Below, piece by piece: positions 39,693 through 52,800 of a stretch of DNA of 64,000 nucleotides. The DNA is from Antedon mediterranea (lineage: Eukaryota > Animalia > Echinodermata). Location of the stretch: positions 28,848,871 through 28,912,870 of the forward strand of contig NC_092676.1 of assembly GCF_964355755.1 (NCBI RefSeq), given 5' to 3'. The notes below the pieces were generated by a model. That model was not told where the DNA came from, did no database searches, and saw nothing but the letters and a program-made list of their open reading frames with translations. The translations under genes and the position numbers were made by a program. The stretch's first letter is position 1. Each line of letters begins with the position of its first letter.

Positions 39693-39935
39693 AAGCCTAC
39701 ACTAACAAACGAATTTTGTTTTCAAATCGGCGTTGTTCGAGTTTGGAACCGAAGCTAAAGTTTGCAGTGCAGATTTCTGCCAACATGTTTGTTTATTTGC
39801 AAACTAAAGGTTCCTCGCGTGGACTAGATTTCGGCAAACTTGTTTTCTGCAGTTTGCCGAAGTTTGTCAACTGGTCTACACTAATAAACTTTCGGAAATA
39901 TTTCTTTATAAACTCGTTTGTACGAGTGTAGGCCT
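39693..39935. mobile_element. MITE with imperfect TIRs
   Basis: AAGCCTACACTAACAAACGAATTT ... AAACTCGTTTGTACGAGTGTAGGCCT. Confidence 0.55.
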
Positions 39936-40649
39936 AGGATTTAGAACTTAAGATGTTATTATCTATGCCAAAATAAAACGCACAATTCGACCAACTACAT
40001 TAATGTGGTGGAGTAAATTGGTCTTCGATAGGATACATATATGTGAAGCTGTATCACGGAATCAGCCTATGATACTGAAGTACCGAGAATCGGCTCGTAT
40101 TGCTATATATGACAAATTAATAATATATTCATAGATTTACGATTAATTCGACCAAATAAAATGCGAAGAGGAGACACAAAGATGACGCGCGCGTTCATAT
40201 ACAGTACTGATAAAAATGTGACGTCTTTTGTACGCGCGCGCCATCAACAAGTGTCTTTCCGCAATGACGAATTACAATATAGTGTAGTAATACAAAGTTT
40301 GCAAAACGTATTTGTAACGCACAACATGTTAATTAAGACACTTCTCTCTGGTAGAGAAGGTTAGGTCTTAAGCTCTGTCTACACTATCAAACTAGTTTGA
40401 CACTAAAAGTATGATGTGCCCAAATATGGTAATGATAATATGACATCACCAGTAAAATACGTAGACCTTTTCCAGATATCTAACCAATGCCTGCACTTAA
40501 ACATTAAACATTGTATTTTTTAGCAACAATTATATTTACGTACTTTGTACCATGATGATACACTTTTATGTACGAATTCTGTAATGTGATTAGTAAAATA
40601 ATAATAATAGTATTAAATGTGGACTATATGATTTTTATTCTGGTGATCA

Positions 40650-40862
40650 TAATAGATAATGATAATAAATGGATGACGATGATGAAAATGATGTCGATCT
40701 TGATGATCATGATGATGACGATGCTGACGATGATGATGATGATGTCGATGACGATGATGATAATGACGATGATGACAATAATGACGATCATGATGATCAT
40801 GACGGTGATGATGATGACAATGATGACGATTATGGCGATGACGACGAGTGAGATGATGACAA
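40650..40862. repeat. Degenerate (GAT/GAC)n trinucleotide microsatellite
   Basis: About 200 bp of GATGATGACGAT..., which gives poly-D, poly-M and poly-H spurious ORFs in three frames. Confidence 0.9.
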
Positions 40863-41029
40863 ATCCACAATGACAAAATGATTAACTTGGTGAAGATGAT
40901 GCACACAAGATAAAGATGGCACTATACCGATACCGATGATGAAACGAGCTACATGTGTTGGTATTACTTTTTCAAATAGCGCCATCGAAATAAGTCTAGG
41001 GGGGAGTAATACCGGATATCGCAACAGCG

Positions 41030-41175
41030 TAAACTCCAATGACGTCACTAAATAAATGCAACACTTGATCAAGCGAAACGCGGCAGACGCTTTCAGCTTC
41101 TTGACTTCATCAATATCAAGTTGGAAAAAGTTACCGCCATACTTTTCGGCTACTGCCATTTTGCTGTTAGGTAAG
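41030..41175 (+). promoter_or_regulatory. Probable promoter and first non-coding exon of the troponin I gene
   Basis: CCAAT directly followed by a CRE (TGACGTCA, about 41040), locally CpG-rich sequence, YY1-type GCCATTTTG at about 41156 and a strong donor TAG|GTAAGA at 41170/41171. Possible second UTR exon at about 41629-41668. Confidence 0.5.
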
Positions 41176-43285
41176 ATTTTAATTCGTGATAAACGGATCG
41201 GATAATATTTATAATTCATCTAAAATGTCAATATTTTAATTCAGGATATTATGTTTTTGCTCATCTGTTTATATATAAGTTTAGACTTAACGTTAAGTCC
41301 GCATTCATACGATGTATATAGATAGTGTTCATCTGGGTTAGTTAGTCGCTTTAGGTACGCATTCATAAGATAAGGAAGTGAAGTAGAAATAATATTCATG
41401 TTCGTGGAGTAATTTATATTGCTACGATGTTATGTGGTTGTTGTTACCAGTTTGAAAGCGAATTTAAGGTCGCCATATTTGAGCAAGTGTTTTAGATAAG
41501 TGTGCCGCGCACTGAGAAGAAAATTAATCACTTCGGCTGTCAAACGCCTCCTGTCGCGGAGGCACGCTCCAGCTCAAGGAATGTATAATGTTTTCATCGA
41601 TTTTTTTACTACTAATTTATTTTTTAGGAACGACTTCTCAGACTTAATTTTAACAGACTTTATTTAATGTAAGCATACACACAATGACACTTTAGTATCC
41701 GGACCATTTTATTTACCGTTAATGCTAATTAATTGAAATTAATAATGACAGTTGATTGGACTTGCCTCTTAGACAATGGTAGAGTCCTGTGTGTGTTATC
41801 TGGGATGAAGATAGCCAAGTAATTCACCTTTTATGGACATCAAGGAATACATTGATGAATTAATTCATTTCATGGGCCACAATCGAAATGGATTCATTTA
41901 TTTTATTATTCACTCTTTGTCTAAGATATTAAATAAACTTTCCAAGGAGTTTTAATATGTTTTCTGCAAGTAACTGCGTTTTGTGATAACGAAATTGTTT
42001 GTGTTGCATGGTCTCAAGAAATTTCTAGTAAAGTTACTACTTGATATAATTTGATTGACAAATTGGCAAGAATTAGGGACAAGCTAAGCTGCAGGGATCA
42101 CAATTTATTTTCTTTTCAAAGAAAATAAATGTTGTTTATATATTATAACATTTTTTAAGGTAAAATTACTCCCCTTATTTGTCATTTCTTTTCATCCATT
42201 TACTGCATCTGGTATAGTAGGTGAAAATTATTTATTTTTTCACTAATTTTAAGTGGTTATGCCAGAATTTGTTTGACCACATGAACTCAAATTTTCCATT
42301 TTTGTTTATAAATGCTTATATCCTTTATATACATCTAAATTATTTATTTTACTGCTATTTAATCTGTCAAGCACTCAACAATAACAATAACGATCTAATC
42401 TTATCAATCAATTTAATTTTCCAATTCTACTTATAATACTATCATTAAAATATTAATATTTGTTTCATTATTTCTTAAATCATTTCCATTTTGAGGTGCA
42501 ATGTTTGGTTTTGTTGTTTGATGATATACCTACTTAATTCTTCAATGTAAACACTCCTATCCAACTTGAGTACTTACTCAAGTAAGTTAGCCTTCATGCT
42601 CCATTTGAATAAGTATTTACTTAAACAGTTGACATTCACAAACGAACCTGTATTGTTATTTTAGCTATGAGATTACGTTTTAAATGAAGTTACAATTCTC
42701 CTATTACAGCTGTGCTTTTGGTCCTTGAATTTTTACAGGCTTCTTCTTGTTTTAGCTCTGGTGCCAATATGGAAAGTTTTTGTGTGTCTTTCTTAGGTTA
42801 TTGTATTACCGGTTCTTGAGAAGGAAAACTGTTTCCAACTAAATGATTTGACTATTATTATTATGTTCTGTTAATTGATTATTTAAATTCACAAGTTTAG
42901 TTTTTGTAGTCAATTCTTTAGATTAATTTCTTTTACATATCATGTTACTCGTTCTTTGTGCATATATTGGATAGCCAGAGTGAAATGAATCCCACAGTCA
43001 TTTGATAGTGGTAGCATACGTCGTGGTTCTTGAGTTCTATCTAAAGTAGCACAATACACGCTCAGACCATTTGACACAACAGTGGGGTATCCACGTAAAC
43101 AGTCTTATTCATTTTTGGAAATATAGATTTTCTCCTCCATTTCGTTGAAGTTATAGTATAGTTTAAGTATATATAAATTTAAAGACAAATTACTGAAAAA
43201 TGAAAATGCTGTGGGTATCAGTGGGTGTATCTCAATGGAGATACAAACAAAAGCGAAAACGATAAAGTAAAACAGCCAGAAAAGT

Positions 43286-43326
43286 TAGCAGAGCTTTCGG
43301 GTAACACTAGCCCTTCATCAGAACTG
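43286..43326 (-). ncRNA. Minimal hammerhead ribozyme motif (PLE-type, solo)
   Basis: The minus strand reads CAGTT-CTGATGA-A-GGG-CTAGTGTTA-CCC-GAAA-GCTC-TGCT: canonical CUGAUGA/GAAA core, helix II GGG/CCC, loopless palindromic helix III AGCT, CUC triplet. Helix I is weak. Confidence 0.55.
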
Positions 43327-43801
43327 TATATAAATAACTTATAACATTCAAAGTATGAAATAAAAAACAGAATCGCATGAGACTGCTTTATCTACTACTG
43401 TTTTCTACTACTATTTAGTTTTATTTGTTAAATTAATTAAGATTATTTTTGTTAATCCTGCTTACTGTTTTTCTCTACTTTTTTTTTATTCATGAAATCA
43501 AGTACATACATTTAGTTAATGATAAGCTTTGATTAGCTTATTAATAGCTATACCTTATCAATTGGTTTTGTTTGTTGACAATAAAGAAATTATTATCCAA
43601 ACATATTTCTGACCAATGAAAACATTACTGAAACATGTGTTGAAATAATAATTAATTAAACATAACACAATGATTACTTTTCCAACCATTGATGCTAATT
43701 CATAATATAAACATCTGGGAAATTTTAATTATGGGTCTTAAATTTGTAATAACAGTTTTGTTCTTATTCTAGGTTGGTTTAGGTACTTTTTATAACTCAA
43801 C

Positions 43802-46800
43802 ATGGGGGACACAGATGCTGAGGAACGAGCCAAACGGAGGGAGGAAAGGCGCAAGAAGAGACAGCAACAAGACAACACAGAGTAAGAAATAACAATACAT
43901 AACTTTTGTTTAAAAAAAAACAAAAAACAACAGTATGGAAAAATGTTCAAATTGTTTTAATGATCTTAATCAATAACACAGATCACTTTATGTGATAATA
44001 TGGAGCAGTCTAAAACTAAAAACTTCTGGTCAACTTCTTTTAAAAATCTGAAAAAATCCTTTCCCCTTAGTACAGAACTGTACTTGAAATAAATTATGAA
44101 GTAAACTGTTCAGGAAAGTTAGGGGTGTCTAGAAAACTCAGATCTCAGTAAAATAATGTATTGAGTGGATGGAATAAACATTAAAACATGACAGTTTTGA
44201 TGACCTAGAGGGCATGTTAGTTATGCCAGTGGTATGCAGGCAGGTCTGGTGATGGACAATTGACCAATTTCCTTCCAATGGCCATGTCTGTCAACACCTG
44301 CTAAGAAAGCATTGTGATTTGACAATTTAAGGCTGTGTTCACACTGATGAAGCAATGGCGTATATAAGCATAATTGCTGATAACTAAGGTAAAATTATAA
44401 ACTGCAAAGAAAAAGACAAAGGAGGTATTCAGATACAGGGTAACACTTATCATAGAACTTGCGTCCATCAGGACCCTTCTTTTTATGGAAAGTTCCAATA
44501 TTCAAAGTTGTAATTGTATTATATCAATGTTGCAAAATTTGTTGAACAAATATTAAGTGTGAACAAGGGCTTACACAACTTTATTATGTATTCTAACCCA
44601 TGTTTTAATTTCTAATTAATCAATTATTTAATGTACATTGTTTTCATTCCAGTGTGTTTTCTACTTTGAATAACCATATTTTTAAAAGATAATTTGTTTG
44701 ATATAAATAAAATAGTTTTATTTTGCAAAAGAAATCAAACTATAATCAGTGGCCCTGCAACGCTGGAGATTTCAGGCATTTTTAGCCTTTTTCAACATAT
44801 TTTAATTCCCTACTACAGAGAGCGCTCATAGCCGCTACTGACTATAATATTTCTAATCTGAAAAATTATTGAAGTTCAATAAATGTTATTTTTAGTTATA
44901 TCAAACAAAATATCTTTAAAGTTTTTTTATTTTTGCAGATTTTACTCTTTGTTGCATGGCGTGGTTCTCCATTTTAATATTGGTTTGATTGTGTAATAAT
45001 TGTTTTGTTGCATGTTTGTTGTTTTTTTGTATCTGTTTTAGACTAAACAGTATTGATGATGATTTGGAAGCAATGCGTAAGCGTAGAGAGGAAAGGCGAC
45101 GACAACGGGAGTTGTACGTGCATGGTTTTATAACTTTTTTTATTTTCTTTTATGCTGAGAATCTTAATATTTAGTAATATATTATTTTAACAAACTTTAA
45201 ATAAATTTTTGTTACCCAGAAATTAAAAATTGTTAGGATAATGGTACACTGCTTCAGTTTAGCTTTTCAACAGGATAATTTATAAATTACAACAATTATG
45301 CAGATATGTTTCTAGTTTTATTTTGATAATAGTAATACACTGATGATATTTACATTTAAACTGTAAAATGTGATGTGTACTATAAAATTCAATGAAAGTA
45401 CTTAATAAATCATTTGTAGGTTGGTTCAATTATCCACACCTGTTTCTAGTAAATTCTTAGAACTGACAAAAACCCTCCTACATTCAGTCTGCTCCAACAA
45501 AATAAAATAAAAATTCTGTACAACTTTTAAAGAACATCATTATCAAATGTATTTGCTTTTTTAAATAAATAAGTTATTTTTGTTCTTTTCTACACAAAAT
45601 TCTTTTTCCACTTTACAGAACAAACTTTGTAAAAGAATGTTTGTATTTTATAAAAAAATTTGTTTTCCAATTTTGTAAGTAAATGCTTTCAAATAACTTG
45701 GTGGTTTCGCCGCAAACATGTTTGATGGTTCATCAATGTTTGTGCTCTAATATAATTTACAACGTACTATATTACAATTTTACAGGTTTTAAATTAACAT
45801 TAACAGTCATATCTGTGTATAACTCAGTGTGTTTGATAACAGATTCATTCTTTAATCTTTTAATTTGTACATTTAAAAATTAATTTGAGATTTCCTTTGG
45901 TAGAATAACTTTAAAAATAAAATATTTTATATCTAAACCTGGTTATTACAAATGTCACCAAAACAAAGATTGATTAAAAAATTCTTGAGTGGTTATTTGG
46001 GCAGATCAAAACTTTGCCTTAAGTTGGTGGGAAGAGGGTAATTTTCCTTGGTTTTTGCAATTGTTTTTATCATTTTAATTGTTAATAGGATCTTATTGGA
46101 AATAAAATGATTCATCTGTGTATCACCATAGAGATATTATAGTTCACTATAATATCTCTATGGTATCACCTGGTGTGTTTTTCTCAATAAAAGAAAAAAA
46201 TAATTTCCTCTTTTTCCCCTTCAGTTTAAAATAAGTCCTTCACAAGATCGGTGCCTACAAAACAGTCTTGTGAACTACTATTCATTGTTATTGTTTTAAT
46301 CAAGGGTATCGCCATGTCTTATGTTCAGTATCTTTCTGTTATTAAGCCATACTCATGTATCAGTAGACCTGGTTCAAAGAATGTCAGCTATGCCTGGCAT
46401 GTGGTCTTAATACCAAGCAAGACAGCTTAATAGATGTAGGCCTATACTGTATGGAAATATGGAAACCATAACAAACCATTACAAATTAAAATATGTCTGT
46501 TTCAAATATTCCAGACCACATTTGGCCACTGTGTTATATCTGTACTGTACACAGTAAACAATAAAAAACATATGATTTACTGTAACTTGTAAGCCAAAAA
46601 GTAGTGTGAATTGAAAGTACTTCCCCTTTTCATAATTTTTTTCAAGATTTAAAGATATTTTAATCAGTATTTTTAATAATATCCTTAAAAAGATCTTATT
46701 AAAAAAAACTGATTAAATATGAATGCTTTACTCAAAGGAATGGGCCTGCTGATGACGTCGATGCAGCACGGAAGGAGAGACGAGAAAGGAGGGCTAGAGA

Positions 46801-49800
46801 ACGAGGAGAAACAACAGAAGAGCAACCCGAAGAGGTGGGTTTCCAATTTTTACATTTTTTTTCTTCAAATCCACTTAATAAAAGATTAATTAATTATTCG
46901 GTATATAATAATAATTGTCTTTTGTATAGCACTTAACCAAAATAAATTTTCTCTAAAGCCCCACGACCACAAGGCTCGAAACAAGGTGGTATATGGCCCA
47001 GTATATCATATTAATTAAAAACCCAAGCATTCTTTTTACTTCTTTATAATGATGTAGTGATGAGGTGTTAGAGCACAATGTTGTAGCAGATGCAGCTTGC
47101 TTTCCCATGTATTTCAATGCATCTCTTATAAAGAAAAACATGAATTGAATTAGTAGGCTGATACAAATACATTAACTTTATCCCAAGGCTCAATATATAC
47201 CTGAGTGATATGCCTTAACAGCTGGGATAATAGGACCAGTTAGTGGTGGCAATAGGCCAGAAGAGTTAAAGTGTAACAGACCATAGCCTACAAGTCAATG
47301 CAAATATGTTAAAACTGTTTAGCAGGGGCATCTACAGATCATTAACATAATTTGTCATTTGATCATGTTTAATGGAATCAGTTTTCCAGTTTGGAAACTT
47401 CTGTATTCAGCTTTAGACTCATCTCAAGCTTTTGAAAATACTTAATTACATACAGTACAGTACTCTAAAAACTCTAAATAGCTTTTAAAGTTTTGTTTGT
47501 TGGAAAACACATGACAGAACATATGTTCCCTAAATTAACGAATTCTTTAAAATAGAGACTATTCTGATCTTCAGATGAATATTATAGCTAGTTATATAGC
47601 TCTGTCTACACTATCAAAATAGTTTGACAAAAAAAGTGTGCTGTGCCTAAATATGGTAGTGATATGTCCAAATATGGTAGTGATACGAGATCATCATGTC
47701 TATATATGGGCACATCATATTTTTTGTCACATAAAGTTTGATAGTGTATTATTAGGGACTTAAACTAAGCTGTTCTTTAATTGAAGGTAAATTGTTCTTT
47801 AATTGAAGGTAAATTTATATTTACTGTCAGGTTTGTACTTTTATTACACATTATTTGCAGTGTATGCACACATTATTAAAACTATACTTTCAATTTATTT
47901 TCCAATTTTTGTTTTATTTTTATTTTCTTATTTTTATTTTCTTATTAACAACAACTTCGTGTTTGCTATACAGTCCGCATACGTATCACGTCGCCGCAGA
48001 AGGGAATTAGAAGCAGAGGCAGAAGCAGCGAAAGAAAATGAAGTAGAGGTAAAGAGCGCCCACTAACACTGACGGTAGTAGCTCACCGTTGTCATGCCGA
48101 CTGTTGTCATAACTACTATCTATCTAACACCTAACTCTATTCTTCTCTGTATCTTCTTTAGGCTTCATTTCAATACTGTAGTAGAATGATTGTTTAAAGC
48201 TCTGTTTACAACTATCAAACTAGTTTGACAAAAAAAAAGTATGATGTGCCAAAATATGGTAGTGATATGCTTAAAATATGGTAGTGATATGACATCACCC
48301 TGTCCATATATGGGCACATCACATTTTTTTGGTCACAAATATGGTTCATGCTTACATTTCTTTTATAGTAAAAATTATAGTATTTCTTTCATCATAATAA
48401 TTATTATTATTCAAAAAACCAAACAAATTTCAGTAAATCTTTCATGATTTATGATTTTATGAACCAAAAATCAATTATTTAAAATTAAAAAGTAATGCTA
48501 AAAGCAAAGCAAAACATTACAATAATTCATTTTAAAATGAATCAAATATTTTTGGAAAAATCAAGAAATCGTGTTTAATTTGCAATTTAGCAAAATAAAT
48601 ACCAAAAACATTAACAACAACATTTCTATAGTGCCTCTCCTTACTTGTTGTAGTATGGCGGACGTCTGTCACAAACGACAATATCAACATCATAATTCTT
48701 TACAGAAGACAAGTTTCAAATTTAACTTTCACAATATAAATGTACCGGGTACATTAATGTAAGTTGTTTACATTAATGTAAATTGTTTACATTAATGTAA
48801 ATTGTTTACATTAATGTAAATTGTTTACATTAATGTAAATTGTTTACATTAATGTAAATTGTTTACATTATATCTTGGTGTAGGTTGCCTAATTTCCTAC
48901 ATGTGTAATATTTATACTGTTCTATATTGTCCTGTTGATTTATAACTTGCCTAAATCTTTCTCTCTCTTTTTCGCTTTGTGTAATTTAATATCTATTAAT
49001 AATATTGAAATCTATCTATATACACTCTCTTTCTCTTTTTGATATAACTACTATTATGTAATAACACAATTTTAATATACGTCCTTTATATATGTCCTTT
49101 TTGTAACTAAAACTGTCTAAACTTTATAAATTGGTGTTTTTTAACAACATTAGATGAGAGAGAATGCAATGAATAAGAGGAAGGGAGGTGAAAGGGAGGA
49201 TAAAAGAGATAAAGGAAGAGTGAAAGAGATGGAAGGTTAGAATGAATGTATGTTGTAAGAAGGGGGAAGGGTGAGATGGTTTAAAGAGTGACACACTATG
49301 AATATCATAGGCACGTACTGAATTTAATTGTAAGAAGGGGGAAGGGTGAGATGGTTTAAAGAGTGACACACTATGAATATCATAGGCACGTACTGAATTT
49401 AATTGTAAGAAGGGGGAAGGGTGAGATGGTTTAAAGAGTGACACACTATGAATATCATAGGCACGTACTGAATTTAATTGTAAGAAGGGGGAAGGGTGAG
49501 ATGGTTTAAAGAGTGACACACTATGAATATCATAGGCACGTACTGAATTTAATTGTAAGAAGGGGGAAGGGTGAGATGGTTTAAAGAGTGACACACTATG
49601 AATATCATAGGCACGTACTGAATTTAATTGTAAGAAGGGGGAAGGGTGAGATGGTTTAAAGAGTGACACACTATGAATATCATAGGCACGTACTGAATTT
49701 ACACAAAGTATCATACAAAAATATAAACTACCATATCACTATATAGAAAATAAAAGTACAGAATAAATATAGTATGTAGTAGACAGTTGACACATAGTTA

Positions 49801-52800
49801 CATTACACAAGTGAAATCTGCACAAACTCTTCTATGTATTATATTATATAATGGATTCAACTTTGATTAATTTCTTATCACATCACGCTAAAGCCCAAGC
49901 AAGAAGAAGTAAATAAAATTAAACCTCAGGAACCAGAAATTGTGGAGAATGGCATGGCGACAGAGGATACCAGTGGTAACAAAAAAGATGTGGAGGAGGT
50001 ACCAGTTGAAATAAGTTCTCTTGTCATTTAGCACATCATGATACCGCACCTTTTAACCTTCTTTTTTCATCTTTGATCTTTCCTCCTGTTACCATATCTT
50101 CTATTACAGTAGAACTCCTATTAAAGGGACACCTTCCCAACAAAGTGTCCCTTTAATAGGGGTGTCCCAAAGTTGAGTTTCCAATGTATCACTAACATCA
50201 TTATAGATTTGACAATTTTTTTACAATCTTAATCTCTTTGTTCTTTCCTATCTTAAAACAATTAATTGCTAAATGTCATCATATGTTGGAATGTTATTTC
50301 ACAGTTAAAAAAAAAATAATTTATCAAATTTATCTTCCAAATAAAAGAATTTAGCTGCAAGTTATATAACTATATAAGTTTTTTTAAAGAGAAATCTATG
50401 AGTTTATATTAAAATTTAGTTTTGCCAAAATTGATAGAAATTAAATATCTTTTAGAAACATTATTCAGATTGTTTATAAGGGAAGGGGAAAAGAAACTAT
50501 TTTTGACATAAATTAATTTTTCCAATATTTGATTCCAAAAATTTTTTATCAATAGCAATATATTTCTCTTTTCTAAAATAAATTTAAATATTTTTTAAAG
50601 TAGTACAACCTGTTTTATAGCCAGAAATGTCTAGACTGTAGGCCTCTGATATATGGTATTGGATGAATCAAACTGATACAAAGATAGGTGTTGGAGACCA
50701 TTCATATATACATAACTATCAAACTTGTGACAACCTCATACAGCCTTCTAGCAAACTTGGATCCCTTAGAATGATAACTGTTAGCCCTATAGCATTTTGT
50801 AGTATAAATATTGACCTATAAGACGTGCAGTGAATCCTATCTATTCAAGATGGTTTGGAATGTGTAGATGTACATATTTCTATCCCTTGGAATGTATAGA
50901 GTGTTAGCCAATCAAATGCCTGTGTTTACACATTTACTACAACACGCCCCTTGATATTGTATAGTGTTTACCTCCTTTCCATATCAGAATACATTACATG
51001 CCTCCCTATAAGACTCCTATAATTTATTTATACCTCCAAAACACAACCATGTTCTTGAGGTGTAGCTAGGCCTATTAATCATTTATTAATCTAGCATATA
51101 TTCATTATTTACTCTTCATATTTTTCCTTTTACATTATCCTTTCTTCATTTTTTTATAGACGTCCAATCAGGTACCTTACTTGAATATTGTCACTGTATG
51201 AACATACCGTATTATGTAATTACTACTGAATTTTAATTTAATTAAATTCTGTTTTATTTCAAGCATTCACATCTCTAGCTGGACTGCACTTCTAGTTTAT
51301 ATTCCTGGATATCTCAATTATTATTTTATAACATTATTTTGGAATTATGCACATTTTTTTTTAATGCACATTTTGTTTATTAACTTTACTAATGGTTTGT
51401 TCTTATCTTGATTGCAGCAACCCACAGTAAATGGAACAGCTGTAAGTATGCACAAATGTAATGAATATTGGAATTACTGTTTTATTACAGCAGAACCCAT
51501 ATTAAAGACCAATAATGTGAAAAGGGGTTTGGACATACTGTAGTGTTAAAACATAATATATTATACATATTCATTTATACAAAAGATGTTCCCTTATAAG
51601 TGTGACCCCTGAACAGGAGAGTGTCTCAAATGAGGCTTTACTGTATTATATTTATACTGATTATCAATGTGTAACTGTGATGCTACAAAATATTGAACAA
51701 GGCAGAGTAAGTTACTATTTGAGTATATAACTCAAAATAGGTTGAAGAGGAACTGATCTCACTTGAGATTTTTGGCTATAATTAGTATAGAAGAATTTCA
51801 TTACCAACGCAAGTGGTACATTATAAGGTTTATACAATGGATTGTATTCACTGATAGGAGGAAGATGATAGTGCTCAAAAAGAGGAGGAAGAACGACAAC
51901 AAAGGGAGGAGGAAGAACGACAACAAAGAGAAGAAAAAGAACGACAAGAAGCAGAGGAGAGGCAGCGACAAGCTGAAGAAGAAGCTGCCAGGAAACGTGA
52001 GGCTGCTGAGCAAGCGGAGAGGGAGCGGCAAGCAGCAGCTGCAGCAGCAGAAAAAGAGACTGAAAGAAAAAAGCAAGAACAAGTGAGAAAGTCTTGTAGT
52101 GTTCTTTATAGCGTCCTCGTCTCATGGAAGAGATAGGATAGTGATGATTATTATTGATTAAGTGTACAAATTACAAAACAATAATGGTGATTATGATGAT
52201 TATTTAAATAAATTTGATTTATTAAATGCCTTTAGAAACAAAAAGCGGCAGAAGAAGAACGAAAACGGAAAGAGGCAGAGGCAAAGAAAGCAGCGGATTC
52301 TAAAGTAAATCAATTTCCATTTCATATTCGTAAAGCGTATTCGTGTTGACGAATATCACCAGTCATATACAAAACGAGTATAGTTTTTGATCTATTATTT
52401 TGCATTGAATCAAGAATGATAATTATAGATAATTTATTGAAAGTAATTTACTAAAAATGCCAGGTCAATTTTGATATATAGCAGTCCTCAGTCGATCTAC
52501 GTTACGCTAGGCTTAGGCAACCAAACAACATGTACCTGTCCTTCGTTCCAATTTACCGCAGTCATATTTTGGACAGCGCCCTCAATATTAAACATGGGAA
52601 ACAGATTTTTACAAATACGCTTGTGTGACGTTTTCGTTATTGTATTCGTAGCATCTCCCTCATATTATTCAATAAATCTTATACTGTTTGTATTAAATAC
52701 CAATAAACATTCATTTGTACTTGGACCATCAAGAGTCATTGAAACGAATTTGTGATTTACACAACACAAATAGTGTAAAAGAAGATGATAAAATAAATAG

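Noticed and set aside
40568-40906. Poly-Asp, poly-Met and poly-His ORFs
   Set aside because: These are three readings of one (GAT)n microsatellite, with no splice sites linking them to a gene.
49153-49234. Purine-rich candidate TnI exon (MRENAMNKRKGGERED...)
   Set aside because: It ends in phase 1 while the flanking exons are phase 0, so inclusion would frameshift.
49124-49714. 196-aa repetitive ORF / CRISPR-like array
   Set aside because: The units are identical with no spacers and no cas genes, and the context is eukaryotic. The ORF is a by-product of a 75-bp minisatellite antisense to a TnI intron.
51715-52125. Overlapping hydrophobic or basic ORFs (51715-, 51763+, 51801-)
   Set aside because: They are alternative frames or the antisense of the Glu/Arg-rich TnI exon 51858-52082.
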